Shown: piece after piece, positions 39,492 through 49,111 of the stretch
How the letters are laid out: every line of letters begins with the position of its first letter
Position numbering within the stretch: the stretch's first letter is position 1
Notes under the pieces: model-generated
Told to the model about the DNA's origin: nothing
The model's database searches: none
The model's input: only the letters and a program-made list of their open reading frames with translations
Program-made: the position numbers and the translations under genes
Source of the DNA: an uncultured Bacteroidota bacterium
GTDB lineage: Bacteria > Bacteroidota > Ignavibacteria > Kryptoniales > JAKASW01
Length of the DNA stretch: 64,000 nucleotides
Direction: 5' to 3'
Assembly (NCBI GenBank): GCA_963808245.1
Contig: CAWEES010000002.1
Coordinates: 824,177 to 888,176, forward strand

Positions 39492-41438
39492 TTAGTTCGA
39501 AACGAATGTCGTCACACTCGATGGACCCAGTGTAGTTATGAAGCTGCCGTTAGATAGCGCGATATTATTCCCTTGCAAACAATTCTCTGTGCTCGATGTA
39601 ACGTATGGCGTATACGAACTTGCCGTTCCACCTTGCACAGTGAACGGTAGAGTCACCGCAGTGGAGCCCATATTTAAAGCTACGATCACTACTTTTGCGC
39701 CATTCCTGTAAGCTGTCACAAACGTATTCGACACGGGGCTCGCGGTAGCACTGACGCGATAAAACCCGGGACGAACAAATCTGGCGAATTGAGATATGAC
39801 ATATCCTTTATGAGTTACATTGCCGGTGTTTGCGGAATTGAATTGACCATCATCGATTGGACCATAAAATCTTACAATGTACCACCAAACGTAGGCGCTC
39901 ATATTGTAACTCATGCAATCATTAATAGTCTTCGCTGTCTGCATGGCGCCAGCCCAGCCCGTGTCAACACTAGTAGGATTTGTGTTGGAGCCGCTATTTA
40001 TCAAATATTCCGTCATCCACAACTCTTTTCCTTTTTGCAGAGCAAGGGGATATTGAACTGACGATTGAACGTCACCTTTAGTATCGACATCTCCGTACAA
40101 ATGTCCGCCTATAAAGGCAACATGCGCCGCGGCAAGAGAATCGTTGAGCGTTGAATCAGAGAGCGAATGTCTATAACCCTCAGATTCAGGCATGAAAACA
40201 GGGACGCCAACCGCCGGTGCATTGTACCTCATGAAGTTCATAAATTGCGTCGCATTCCAGTCACACGATTGATAAGATACGCCGGCATCCGGTTCGTTTT
40301 GAACGGAGATACCGTATAATGATACCCCATGTTCAGTCATGGTATCGGCGAATGCCTTCAGATGTGCGGCGTATGCCGCATAATCACTCTGAATAAGAGA
40401 GCCGCCAGCAGTGGTATCATTGGTCTTCATCCATGAAGGAGGCGTCCATGGTGTTGCAATAATTGTCGCGCCGAGATTCTGAGCGGCCAGCGCCGAAGGG
40501 GCATTAGCGGCAAACTGTGTAGAGTCAGGCGGAATGGAAAGGCGCATTATGGTCAGCCCAACCTGTCCTGTGCCATTGCCGAATGCCGTCTGCACTTCGG
40601 CGGGTGTCATGTCTGGACGGAAAATTAAAGTGTTTGCTCCGCCGAATCCTCTTATGATTTGTTTGGTACTGTCAAGATATACGATTGCTTGAGGGAGGCT
40701 AACACTGAAATTGATTGACGTGTCGCTTTGAATGACGGTGTTGCCGAATTGTTTGGACACGATTGTGGGCGAAGTGCTGTCGGTATTTGATATTTCGACC
40801 ACAAAAGTTTCTGAACTGGAAAGAATCCCATTAGGAGCACTTTGAATTTCGTCAGCTCCCATCATTGCTTGCGATGATACTATCCCTGGAAGCAGGACTG
40901 AATTCGCGCTTCCTCCCACTCCGAATACCATTTTCCTAACTTGAGCTTCACCGCCGGCTTGAAGCTTATAGAAATAGACTCCGGGCACAACCTCTTTGCC
41001 AAAATCGTTTCTGCCATTCCACACTATGCCGTGAGATCCTGCCGCCTGGTAACCGGCATCGAATCTCCGTATCTCTCTCCCAAGGACATCGTAAATCGAC
41101 ACCTTTACATCTGACTGATTTTTCAACGCGTACGATATGGCGGTAGAGGATGAAAACGGGTTTGGATAATTCTGCTCGAGTTTGAAATCTTTAGGCGGCT
41201 GACTCGCTTGCTTCACTGCCGTAATCGGACTGAGTGAAAAAGCTCCCGTTGAGTCTGTCACCGCATTGTATTGGATGGAGAAGTTATAACTGTCTAAGAA
41301 AGTGATCGACGCATACCGGACAGGGATCCCGGATGCAGTCACGATACCCTTGACGGAATACGTATTCGCACGAACGGAAAACGGAATAGCTGCCAGCATT
41401 GTTAGAGCCAACAAAAGATTTATTTGTGCATTTTTCAT
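39492..41438 (-). CDS. GH30_8 glucuronoxylanase with internal T9SS-CTD-like domain (paralog A)
   Basis: IRGFGG, TPWTPP.WMK, SVQNEPD, WMTE, AYVWWYIVRFYG. EQNYPNPF lies near the N-terminus. Confidence 0.9.
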   Translation of the reverse strand: MKNAQINLLLALTMLAAIPFSVRANTYSVKGIVTASGIPVRYASITFLDSYNFSIQYNAVTDSTGAFSLSPITAVKQASQPPKDFKLEQNYPNPFSSSTAISYALKNQSDVKVSIYDVLGREIRRFDAGYQAAGSHGIVWNGRNDFGKEVVPGVYFYKLQAGGEAQVRKMVFGVGGSANSVLLPGIVSSQAMMGADEIQSAPNGILSSSETFVVEISNTDSTSPTIVSKQFGNTVIQSDTSINFSVSLPQAIVYLDSTKQIIRGFGGANTLIFRPDMTPAEVQTAFGNGTGQVGLTIMRLSIPPDSTQFAANAPSALAAQNLGATIIATPWTPPSWMKTNDTTAGGSLIQSDYAAYAAHLKAFADTMTEHGVSLYGISVQNEPDAGVSYQSCDWNATQFMNFMRYNAPAVGVPVFMPESEGYRHSLSDSTLNDSLAAAHVAFIGGHLYGDVDTKGDVQSSVQYPLALQKGKELWMTEYLINSGSNTNPTSVDTGWAGAMQTAKTINDCMSYNMSAYVWWYIVRFYGPIDDGQFNSANTGNVTHKGYVISQFARFVRPGFYRVSATASPVSNTFVTAYRNGAKVVIVALNMGSTAVTLPFTVQGGTASSYTPYVTSSTENCLQGNNIALSNGSFITTLGPSSVTTFVSN

Positions 41439-41518
41439 AAAGTTTCTCCTTAAATATCAACAAGTAATATCCAGCAAGCTTGAAAGATTCCGACCATTGC
41501 CTTTGGAACCTCGCAAGA

Positions 41519-42868
41519 TCAAGATTTTTTTTTAACTAAAACAAGTTCTTTCATCGTGCTAAATCTCTCCGACGCAATACGGTACAAGTAAACGCCGCTC
41601 GGAAGACAATCGGCATTGAATGTGACATTGTAATATCCCGCGTTTTGAGTTTCGTTTACCAGTGTCGCGACCTCTCGGCCTATTGAGTCGTGTACTTTCA
41701 AAGTAACATGGCTCGCTGCGGGAATCTGGTAATCGATGATCGTGGACGGATTGAATGGGTTCGGATAGTTTTGCAGGAGCTCCGTCGACGATGGTATGTC
41801 AAACAGGTGTTGCCGTTTCATCCCTACGGTGGTGGCTCCGACAAGAACAGCACTTCCGCTATTGGGAATTACATCAAATATGACGTATTCCAGGGAATCT
41901 ACTTTCACTATCTGTGAATTTAACTGTTTTCCATTTTGATAGACATCGGCTGAAGACCAATTCTTTGGAAGTTGTCTGCGGACAGTAAGAGGCAAATCGA
42001 AGAGAGAATCGTTGAGGCTGTCGGTCAACTGCACGACAATAGTGTCTTCCTGATTGGCGATTTCCGATACCTTCGCCGAATTTCTTTCTTTTATATATTT
42101 GACAACATTTCCGAACGTCGAGACCCAGAACTTTTCAGGATTCGCACTCAAATACTGCAGGCTTGCCCTGAGCGTATCTGAAGAGAGCGGCGAGTACCCA
42201 CCGTCATTATCAATTCCATGAATTAGATAGACACACCAACCGTTCGACTTAACCGCGTTGTCGGCATTGGTTTTGAAATCCGCGCCCGTTTTCACTGACC
42301 CAACTGCCCCGCAGATTATAGAACTAATATTCATAAAATCCCTGGGGGTCTTAGCTTCTATATATCCCTGGCAGCCGCGTGCGGCAATATAATACTGAGA
42401 AATCATTGCGGCGTTCCCTTCAGCGCAATACGGATATGCTACCGTGGTACATTTCTGTCCGTTGATATGAGCATTAATAATGCTTTGTGAATTTTGCAAC
42501 TCAGTCAATTGCAGGGAGTCAGACAGACTGTCTAAGTAAGGGTGTGACATGGTGTGACTGCCAATTTCATTTCCCCTTGCGGCGGCACCCTGCAAGCCAG
42601 ACCAATTCGGGCTCCAATTTACGACCGTGAACAGGGTTAAGTTGAAATTGAACTGGTTGAACATGGGCACCGCGATGGCAAGCTGGTTGGAGCAATTATC
42701 GTCGAACGTATAGCTTATCGCTGCCGACCGGAATCCCCGCCAAGTGCCGATTTGATAAGAGTCGGGAACCGATTGTGATAGGCACCTGTAATTGGACAAT
42801 AGTAAAAGGACTAAAACACTGCGCCGCAACCAATGGCGAGTGAGACCTTTCAAAATTAAAATGTACAT
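41519..42868 (-). CDS. CE4 polysaccharide deacetylase (likely acetylxylan esterase) with T9SS CTD
   Basis: YTFDD, GSHTMSH, AYPY, C-terminal QNYPNPFNP. Confidence 0.85.
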   Translation of the reverse strand: MYILILKGLTRHWLRRSVLVLLLLSNYRCLSQSVPDSYQIGTWRGFRSAAISYTFDDNCSNQLAIAVPMFNQFNFNLTLFTVVNWSPNWSGLQGAAARGNEIGSHTMSHPYLDSLSDSLQLTELQNSQSIINAHINGQKCTTVAYPYCAEGNAAMISQYYIAARGCQGYIEAKTPRDFMNISSIICGAVGSVKTGADFKTNADNAVKSNGWCVYLIHGIDNDGGYSPLSSDTLRASLQYLSANPEKFWVSTFGNVVKYIKERNSAKVSEIANQEDTIVVQLTDSLNDSLFDLPLTVRRQLPKNWSSADVYQNGKQLNSQIVKVDSLEYVIFDVIPNSGSAVLVGATTVGMKRQHLFDIPSSTELLQNYPNPFNPSTIIDYQIPAASHVTLKVHDSIGREVATLVNETQNAGYYNVTFNADCLPSGVYLYRIASERFSTMKELVLVKKKS

Positions 42869-43024
42869 TTTAGATTCATTGTTATCCGGTCAATAAATTC
42901 TATCATACCCCGACTTCCCTGGAAGGATGTTCCTTGCCGGATAATTGATAAAAGGACCGATTAGATCGCTTTCAGAAGAATGAGTATTCAAAATTTCTTT
43001 CCTGTTCAATACACTTTCGGGTGT

Positions 43025-44908
43025 TTAGTTCGACACAAACGTCGTCACACTCGAGGCGTCCAGAGTAGCTTCAAAATTGCCGCCAGATACGCTCACGTTG
43101 TTTCCCTGGGCGCAACTCTTGGTGCTCGAGGTTTCATAAGGTATAAATGAACCGACTGATCCATTTTGCAGACTAAATTCCATAGTGACCGGGGTTGACC
43201 CCTGGTTAACCACAACAATAACAACCTTTGCGCCATCCTTATAAGCCGTCACGTACACATTCGATACAGGGCTCTGGGTAGCACTAACGCGGTAGTACCC
43301 CGGCCTCACAAATCTCGCATTCTGGGACATGATGTATCCTCTTTTCGTGGGATTGCCGCTTTGATCGAGCGGGCCCCACGATACCATTATGTACCACCAC
43401 ACATAAGCGGACATATCGGCATTCATGCAATCGTTGATTTCTTTGCCAACAGGAAGCGCAGCGACCCAGTTGTTTCCGGAATCTGCGTCGGTGGTGTAAT
43501 GTTCGGTCATCCACACTTCTTTCCCTTGCTTTATCGCAAGCGGATAAGTAGATGGGCTCATTCCATAAATGTGTTCGCCAATAAAAGCAACATGGGAAGC
43601 GGCAACCGAATCATTTAATGTCGAATCCGACAATTGACGGACGAAGCTTTCAGACTCGGGCATGAAGACCGGCACACCGACAGACGGTGCATAGTTCTTC
43701 ATGAAATTGACAAACTGCGTCGCATTCCAGTCGCATGATTCGTAAGTCACGTTAGCATCAGGCTCGTTTTGGACCGAGATCGCATAAATCGAAACGCCAT
43801 GGCTTGACATTGTGTCTGCGAATGCTTTCAGATGTGCGGCGTATGCCGCGTAATCACTTTGAACAAGATAGCCGCCAGCAATGTTGTCGTTGGTCTTCAT
43901 CCAAGCGGGGGGCGTCCATGGCGTCGCAATAATCGCGGCACCTAAGTCCTGAGCCGTCAGGGCCGACCGAACATTGGCGCTGAACTGCGTGGAATCAGGT
44001 GAGATCCGAAGACGCATTATCGTGAACCCTAATTGCCCAACACCGTTGCCGAAGGCTGTCAGCACCTCGGTCGAAGTCATGTCGGGGACCCAGCCCACTA
44101 TGTTTGCGGCTCCAAACCCTCTTATGATTTGCTGGGTACTGTCAAGATACACGATAGCTTGCGGAAGAGCCACGCTGAAGTCGAGTGTCGTGTCGCTTTG
44201 AAGGACGACACCGCCTACTTGTTTTGGTACGATTGTGGGTGAAGTGCTGTCGGTATTCGATATTTCAACCACAAATGTCTCTGAACTAGAAAGAGTCGTG
44301 CCAGGCACGCTCCGAATTTCACCAACTCCTGTCTTCGTTTGGGAATGCATTACTCCCGACAGCAGTCCTGAATTCGTGTTTTCCCCTACTCCAAATAACA
44401 TCTTCCTGACCTGAGTTTTACCGTCCGCTTGAAGACGGCATAAATATACCCCCGGCATCACCACTCTCCCCAAATCGTTTCTTCCATTCCAAACTACCCC
44501 ATAAGTTCCCGCCGACTGAAATCCAACTTCGAATGTCCTTATCTCTCTCCCAAGAACATCGTATATGGTCACCTTCACATCCGACTGCTCCTCCAATTTG
44601 TACGATATGGAGGTCGAGGCTGAAAACGGATTTGGATAATTCTGTTCGAGATGAAATTTTTGAGGCAGCTGACTCTCCTGCTTCACTGCCGTGATCGAGC
44701 TCAGCGTAAACGCTCCTGTCGAATCAGTCTCCGCATTGTATTGAATGGAAAAATCATAACTGTCGTAGAAGGTGATCGATGCATATCGGACAGGGTTTCC
44801 CGATGTGGTTACTGTGCCTTTGACCTTGTACGTCTCCGCGCGAACAGAAAATGGAACAATCGCAAACATCGATAGAACCACCAAAATATTTAAGTAAATA
44901 CTCTTCAC
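43025..44908 (-). CDS. GH30_8-type xylanase with internal T9SS-CTD-like domain (paralog B)
   Basis: Same architecture as paralog A with long shared nucleotide tracts. SVQNEPD, WMTE, AYVWWYIMVSWG. Confidence 0.9.
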   Translation of the reverse strand: MKSIYLNILVVLSMFAIVPFSVRAETYKVKGTVTTSGNPVRYASITFYDSYDFSIQYNAETDSTGAFTLSSITAVKQESQLPQKFHLEQNYPNPFSASTSISYKLEEQSDVKVTIYDVLGREIRTFEVGFQSAGTYGVVWNGRNDLGRVVMPGVYLCRLQADGKTQVRKMLFGVGENTNSGLLSGVMHSQTKTGVGEIRSVPGTTLSSSETFVVEISNTDSTSPTIVPKQVGGVVLQSDTTLDFSVALPQAIVYLDSTQQIIRGFGAANIVGWVPDMTSTEVLTAFGNGVGQLGFTIMRLRISPDSTQFSANVRSALTAQDLGAAIIATPWTPPAWMKTNDNIAGGYLVQSDYAAYAAHLKAFADTMSSHGVSIYAISVQNEPDANVTYESCDWNATQFVNFMKNYAPSVGVPVFMPESESFVRQLSDSTLNDSVAASHVAFIGEHIYGMSPSTYPLAIKQGKEVWMTEHYTTDADSGNNWVAALPVGKEINDCMNADMSAYVWWYIMVSWGPLDQSGNPTKRGYIMSQNARFVRPGYYRVSATQSPVSNVYVTAYKDGAKVVIVVVNQGSTPVTMEFSLQNGSVGSFIPYETSSTKSCAQGNNVSVSGGNFEATLDASSVTTFVSN

Positions 44909-44935
44909 GTTAATCTTTTCACTTCCAATTGATCT

Positions 44936-46507
44936 TCATTTCAAAAGTGTAAGTTTCCTTGTTTCACCGTTTGAACCAGCGATCAATCGGTAAAAGTAAA
45001 CTCCGCTTGGTAAACCAGCCCCATTGAACGTTATGCTATGTGTTCCAGCACTCTGTCTCTCATCAACGAGCGTGGTTATCTCTCTACCAAGTGCATCATA
45101 AACTTTCAAAACGACGTGAGTCGCAGCAGGAATCTGATAATCGATGACTGTCGTCGGGTTGAAAGGATTTGGATAGTTTTGAGATAAAGAGAACGAGGCA
45201 GGGATTTCTTTGGAGTCTCTCACGCCGGTGGTTATAGAGTCTCCCGTTGTAAAACTCACGGGGGCAGCGAAATCGCCTGTGTCGCTTGCATTCATCGCGG
45301 CAACATGCCAGTAATACTTTGTATTCGCGTTTAGCGGTGACAGCTGAAAAACAGTATCCGATACCGTCGAATCTAGCACTATGGAAGAGAACATGTTGTC
45401 GGTTGCCACCTGCAAACGATATGAAGATGCGGCAATTGATGAATGCCACATGATAAGAGGATTGCGCGGTTCACCTGTTGTATCGGCAGCCGGGGATATT
45501 ACAACAGGCTGCAACAAGTACTTTACTAAATATGTTCGCAGCCACTGGAGAGCTGGACGCTCTGACCCGTCTGAGTTCACTAAATACGCATACGGCTCCC
45601 ACGTCTGACCGTAAGTATATCCCCAAAAAGTTATTCCCTTGACGCCCGGGTTCTCAAATAGCATCGGGAATATTGACTTGTAATCATTCAACTGATGTGT
45701 GTCGTTTGTGTCGTTGATTGCAAATTCGGAAATGTAAATAGGCAACCCAGTGGCAGCTAACTTATTTAAGTTTGCTTTCATCGTAGATAGAGAGGCGCCA
45801 CCGGTCGCAACTTCAAAAGAATGCGCTTGTACCCCTATGCCGTCAATCAGCCCTCTTACCTTCAACGAGTCGATGAGGTTGATATATGTTGCGGTGTTAC
45901 TGTTGCTATTGATTATACTATATTCGTTCACAAGAAGCTTTGTATTGGGCGACCAGTATTCCCTTGCCAGTTTGAACGCGTTGATTACCCAGTCCCAGCC
46001 TGTCTTGCCGGTTCCGCCGAGGGCAGTCTTATAAATTGTAGGAAGGGGAGTATGTATCGGCTCGTTGACAACATCACAGAGAGCCGCGTCGGGATATCTT
46101 TGTCCACAAGAGTCGATCCAGTTTACTATTTCCTGGTACAGTTGCGCCGAATCAAGACCTGTAATGAAGCTCGGATATTGCGAGCCCCAGATCAGATTAT
46201 GCTCCTTGAAAGGGAAACCGTTTAGGATAGCATAATTGTAATCATTATCGAGAGCGGTCCAGCTGTAAACACCGGGATTGCTTTCGACGCTCCCCCACTT
46301 ACCGTCATTCTCCGGAGTTACCTGATCCCAATAAGTGGCAAAATCCGAGCGAATGCTGTAGGCATTATGAATAACATTTCCCACGAATTTGCTCCTGCCA
46401 AGGGCCAATTGCGAAAAAGACCGGGACGGGAAGATAAAAATAATAAGTAAAGCACATACGTGAATGGTCAATAAACCTCTGATGAATAACCTGAAATTAA
46501 ATAACAT
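44936..46507 (-). CDS. GH10 xylanase + Fn3-like domain + T9SS CTD
   Basis: VTPENDGKW, DVVNEP, YISEF, TKYYWHV, QNYPNPFNP. Confidence 0.93.
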   Translation of the reverse strand: MLFNFRLFIRGLLTIHVCALLIIFIFPSRSFSQLALGRSKFVGNVIHNAYSIRSDFATYWDQVTPENDGKWGSVESNPGVYSWTALDNDYNYAILNGFPFKEHNLIWGSQYPSFITGLDSAQLYQEIVNWIDSCGQRYPDAALCDVVNEPIHTPLPTIYKTALGGTGKTGWDWVINAFKLAREYWSPNTKLLVNEYSIINSNSNTATYINLIDSLKVRGLIDGIGVQAHSFEVATGGASLSTMKANLNKLAATGLPIYISEFAINDTNDTHQLNDYKSIFPMLFENPGVKGITFWGYTYGQTWEPYAYLVNSDGSERPALQWLRTYLVKYLLQPVVISPAADTTGEPRNPLIMWHSSIAASSYRLQVATDNMFSSIVLDSTVSDTVFQLSPLNANTKYYWHVAAMNASDTGDFAAPVSFTTGDSITTGVRDSKEIPASFSLSQNYPNPFNPTTVIDYQIPAATHVVLKVYDALGREITTLVDERQSAGTHSITFNGAGLPSGVYFYRLIAGSNGETRKLTLLK

Positions 46508-46545
46508 AACAAATCTCCTTTGAAAATTTCTTAAACATTTAAATT

Positions 46546-47337
46546 CTAAAACCCTATTGAGTTTCCGCCGTCAACCGGAAGGACTACTCCCGTTATGTAT
46601 TTCGACTGCGATGATGCAAGGAACAAGACTGCGTTTGCCACGTCGGAAGGCTCACCAAGTTTACCGACCGGTGTCCGGGACAGAACCTTGCTTTTCCTCT
46701 CGGAATCACTATCCAGTGCTTTCGACGACATTGCAGTTTTAATGAAACCGGGGGCGATGCAATTGACCCGTACACCGTGCGGCGACCATTCGACCGCCAA
46801 CGCACGCGTCATCCCTTCGATGGCTGACTTTGATGCTGTGTACGCAACCACTTTCGGAATTCCATATTGTGACGCCATTGAGCTAATCATGATGATGCTT
46901 CCGGAACGGCGGGCAACCATCGTCCTGCCAATTTCCCTCGTCAATGCGAATACGGCTGTCTGGTTGGTTTTCACTATGTTTTCATACTCGTTGTTCGAAA
47001 CATCGAGCGCGTCTTTCTTCATATTAATCCCGGCGTTGTTTACCAACACATCAACCTCTCCCACGACATTTCTGATTTCCTTCGTCAAATCAGAGAGTAG
47101 ATCGATCTCACTCAAATCGAAGCGGATGCAGGTGACTTCTCTCCCGATTTCCTTCCTGGCGGATTCGAGTTTCTCATTATCTCTTCCCACAATAATAACC
47201 TTCGAACCATTCGCCGAGAAAGCCTGCGCGATTGAATATCCGATCCCGCTTGCGCCGCCGGTTACAAGGACAATCTTATCTCCGAGATCTCCATATGTTT
47301 CTGTACGCAACAAATCATTTTTTATACGCTTCATCAT
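46546..47337 (-). CDS. SDR oxidoreductase, candidate fructuronate reductase (UxuB role)
   Basis: TGGASGIG, NNAG, YTASK. The role is inferred from the missing step between uxaC and uxuA. Confidence 0.8.
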   Translation of the reverse strand: MMKRIKNDLLRTETYGDLGDKIVLVTGGASGIGYSIAQAFSANGSKVIIVGRDNEKLESARKEIGREVTCIRFDLSEIDLLSDLTKEIRNVVGEVDVLVNNAGINMKKDALDVSNNEYENIVKTNQTAVFALTREIGRTMVARRSGSIIMISSMASQYGIPKVVAYTASKSAIEGMTRALAVEWSPHGVRVNCIAPGFIKTAMSSKALDSDSERKSKVLSRTPVGKLGEPSDVANAVLFLASSQSKYITGVVLPVDGGNSIGF

Positions 47338-49105
47338 TTCCTTTATATTTAAACCAATCGAAGTAAGCCTTGCTTTTGCTCGGTTCACCGAGCGACGTGA
47401 CATAAAGTGCGTACATGCAACCCACGAATCCTCCGGCGAATTTCGTGCTCAAAAACGTTCCATCAACGCTGTCTTTCAACATGTACCATCTTTCGGGTCC
47501 AAATGAAAAAGAGAAGGAATAAGAATTCCCATGAGCTTCTATTTTCAAAGACATCTTTTTGTTGGGATTGCCGGTAAACTTCTGCATAGCCATAAGTTCC
47601 ATCTCTTTGGAATTGGCAGCAGTATCGATGGATTTAAACAATTGCACGACACCTCCGCCATTTTCCACGGATTTGCACAAATAATAAAAATGAGTCTCAT
47701 TTTGAAATATGAGCAACCCGGCCTTTTCGTTTTCCGCCACAGGTGAAAATTCTATTGATGTACTGGCAGAACAATCTGCGTGCTGTTGACGACGACCTAT
47801 GAAACTTGGATTCATTTTCCCTGAACATGTTTCAGGCCCTAAATTCATAGTGAGATACCCGGGTTTCTCACTAAGACTATACCATTTCTCCAATAGTGCT
47901 CTTAAAAATTCCCAGTTGATATCGAGTGTCTTCGCATCAAAGTTGTCCGTGTATTCGAAGTCCCCACTATAATGAAGCTGATCTTTTTCCTCCAAGGATG
48001 GAAAAGGATACGGATAGTGGTACGCAACAATTTGACCGTACGATATTATCGACGGCCATCCATCTTTCCATGTGACGGGAGCAAGAAATGTTTCTCTCCC
48101 GGTGTTGAAGTAATCGTCCGCGTAAGGCCGGCAGCCAAGGAACACTGCCCACCATGCGCCATTTTGCGTCTCAACAAGATCGGCATGACCTGTACAAGTA
48201 ATAGGATCTTTTCTATCCGGGCTCAAATCCCTTTGTGTCAGAATCGGATTGCCTTCAAAGGGCGCGTAAGGTCCATTCACATTCTTACTTTTGAAAACAA
48301 CCTCGGAATGTTTTTCCGCCGTACCTCCCTCCGCGCATATTAAGTAATAGAAGCCGTCTTTCTTAAATATATGCGGCCCTTCTATCCAGACCGGATGTTT
48401 ACTTATGTCCGTTCCACCGTTAACGAGGATTCTTTCATCATCAAGTACTCCAGGTCTATCGATGTCAAACCCTCGCATCCTGATTGTTCTATGGCCCTGA
48501 TAGAGCGGTTTGTTCTCCGGTGCGACGCTGTTGAAAATGATATATGCCTGTCCATTATCATCGAAGAAAAGAGATGGATCTATTCCGTTGACTTGCGGAA
48601 GCCAAACCGGCTTCGACCATGGACCCGCGGGATTTTTTGCGGTGGTGACAAAGTTTCCTCCTCCGTCAACGAATGTACAGGTAACGTAAAATGTCCCATC
48701 ATGGTATCTAATTGCCGGAGCAAAAATACCGCGCGAGACGCCGAGACTGTCATAGTTCAATTGGTCAGGCCGATCAATAACATATCCTATCAGTTTCCAA
48801 TTCACAAGATCCTTGCTGTGGAAAACCGGGATGCCGGGGAAATACGCAAATGTCGAATTCACCAAATAATAATCGTCGGCGACTCGGCAAACGCTCGGAT
48901 CGGGATAAAAACCAGATAGTATTGGATTTGTGTATTCCATTTTTGTTTGTGTGAATGCACTAGAAGTCAGAAGCAAAAAAACATAAACAAGAGATAGAAC
49001 GCGGGCGAGGCGGACTGTGTCGATTTCGATGGATCTGAAAGAATAGTACATGTAATTCCGAGAGCACCTGTTCCTTCTGCAAAATCCATCTTCTATTTTT
49101 CGCAT
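47315..49105 (-). CDS. GH43 beta-xylosidase/arabinofuranosidase with C-terminal beta-sandwich
   Basis: NPILSGFYPDPS, IFAP, GIDPSLFFD, IEGPH, TGHADLV, GRETFL, GGFVG. Confidence 0.93.
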   Translation of the reverse strand: MRKIEDGFCRRNRCSRNYMYYSFRSIEIDTVRLARVLSLVYVFLLLTSSAFTQTKMEYTNPILSGFYPDPSVCRVADDYYLVNSTFAYFPGIPVFHSKDLVNWKLIGYVIDRPDQLNYDSLGVSRGIFAPAIRYHDGTFYVTCTFVDGGGNFVTTAKNPAGPWSKPVWLPQVNGIDPSLFFDDNGQAYIIFNSVAPENKPLYQGHRTIRMRGFDIDRPGVLDDERILVNGGTDISKHPVWIEGPHIFKKDGFYYLICAEGGTAEKHSEVVFKSKNVNGPYAPFEGNPILTQRDLSPDRKDPITCTGHADLVETQNGAWWAVFLGCRPYADDYFNTGRETFLAPVTWKDGWPSIISYGQIVAYHYPYPFPSLEEKDQLHYSGDFEYTDNFDAKTLDINWEFLRALLEKWYSLSEKPGYLTMNLGPETCSGKMNPSFIGRRQQHADCSASTSIEFSPVAENEKAGLLIFQNETHFYYLCKSVENGGGVVQLFKSIDTAANSKEMELMAMQKFTGNPNKKMSLKIEAHGNSYSFSFSFGPERWYMLKDSVDGTFLSTKFAGGFVGCMYALYVTSLGEPSKSKAYFDWFKYKGNDEAYKK

Positions 49106-49111
49106 GGCATT

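Noticed and set aside
46595-47506. Long antisense ORFs (303 aa here; also 395-1207, 6048-6704, 11860-12486, 15550-16182)
   Set aside because: They are shadows of well-supported genes on the opposite strand, with no motifs or SD support.
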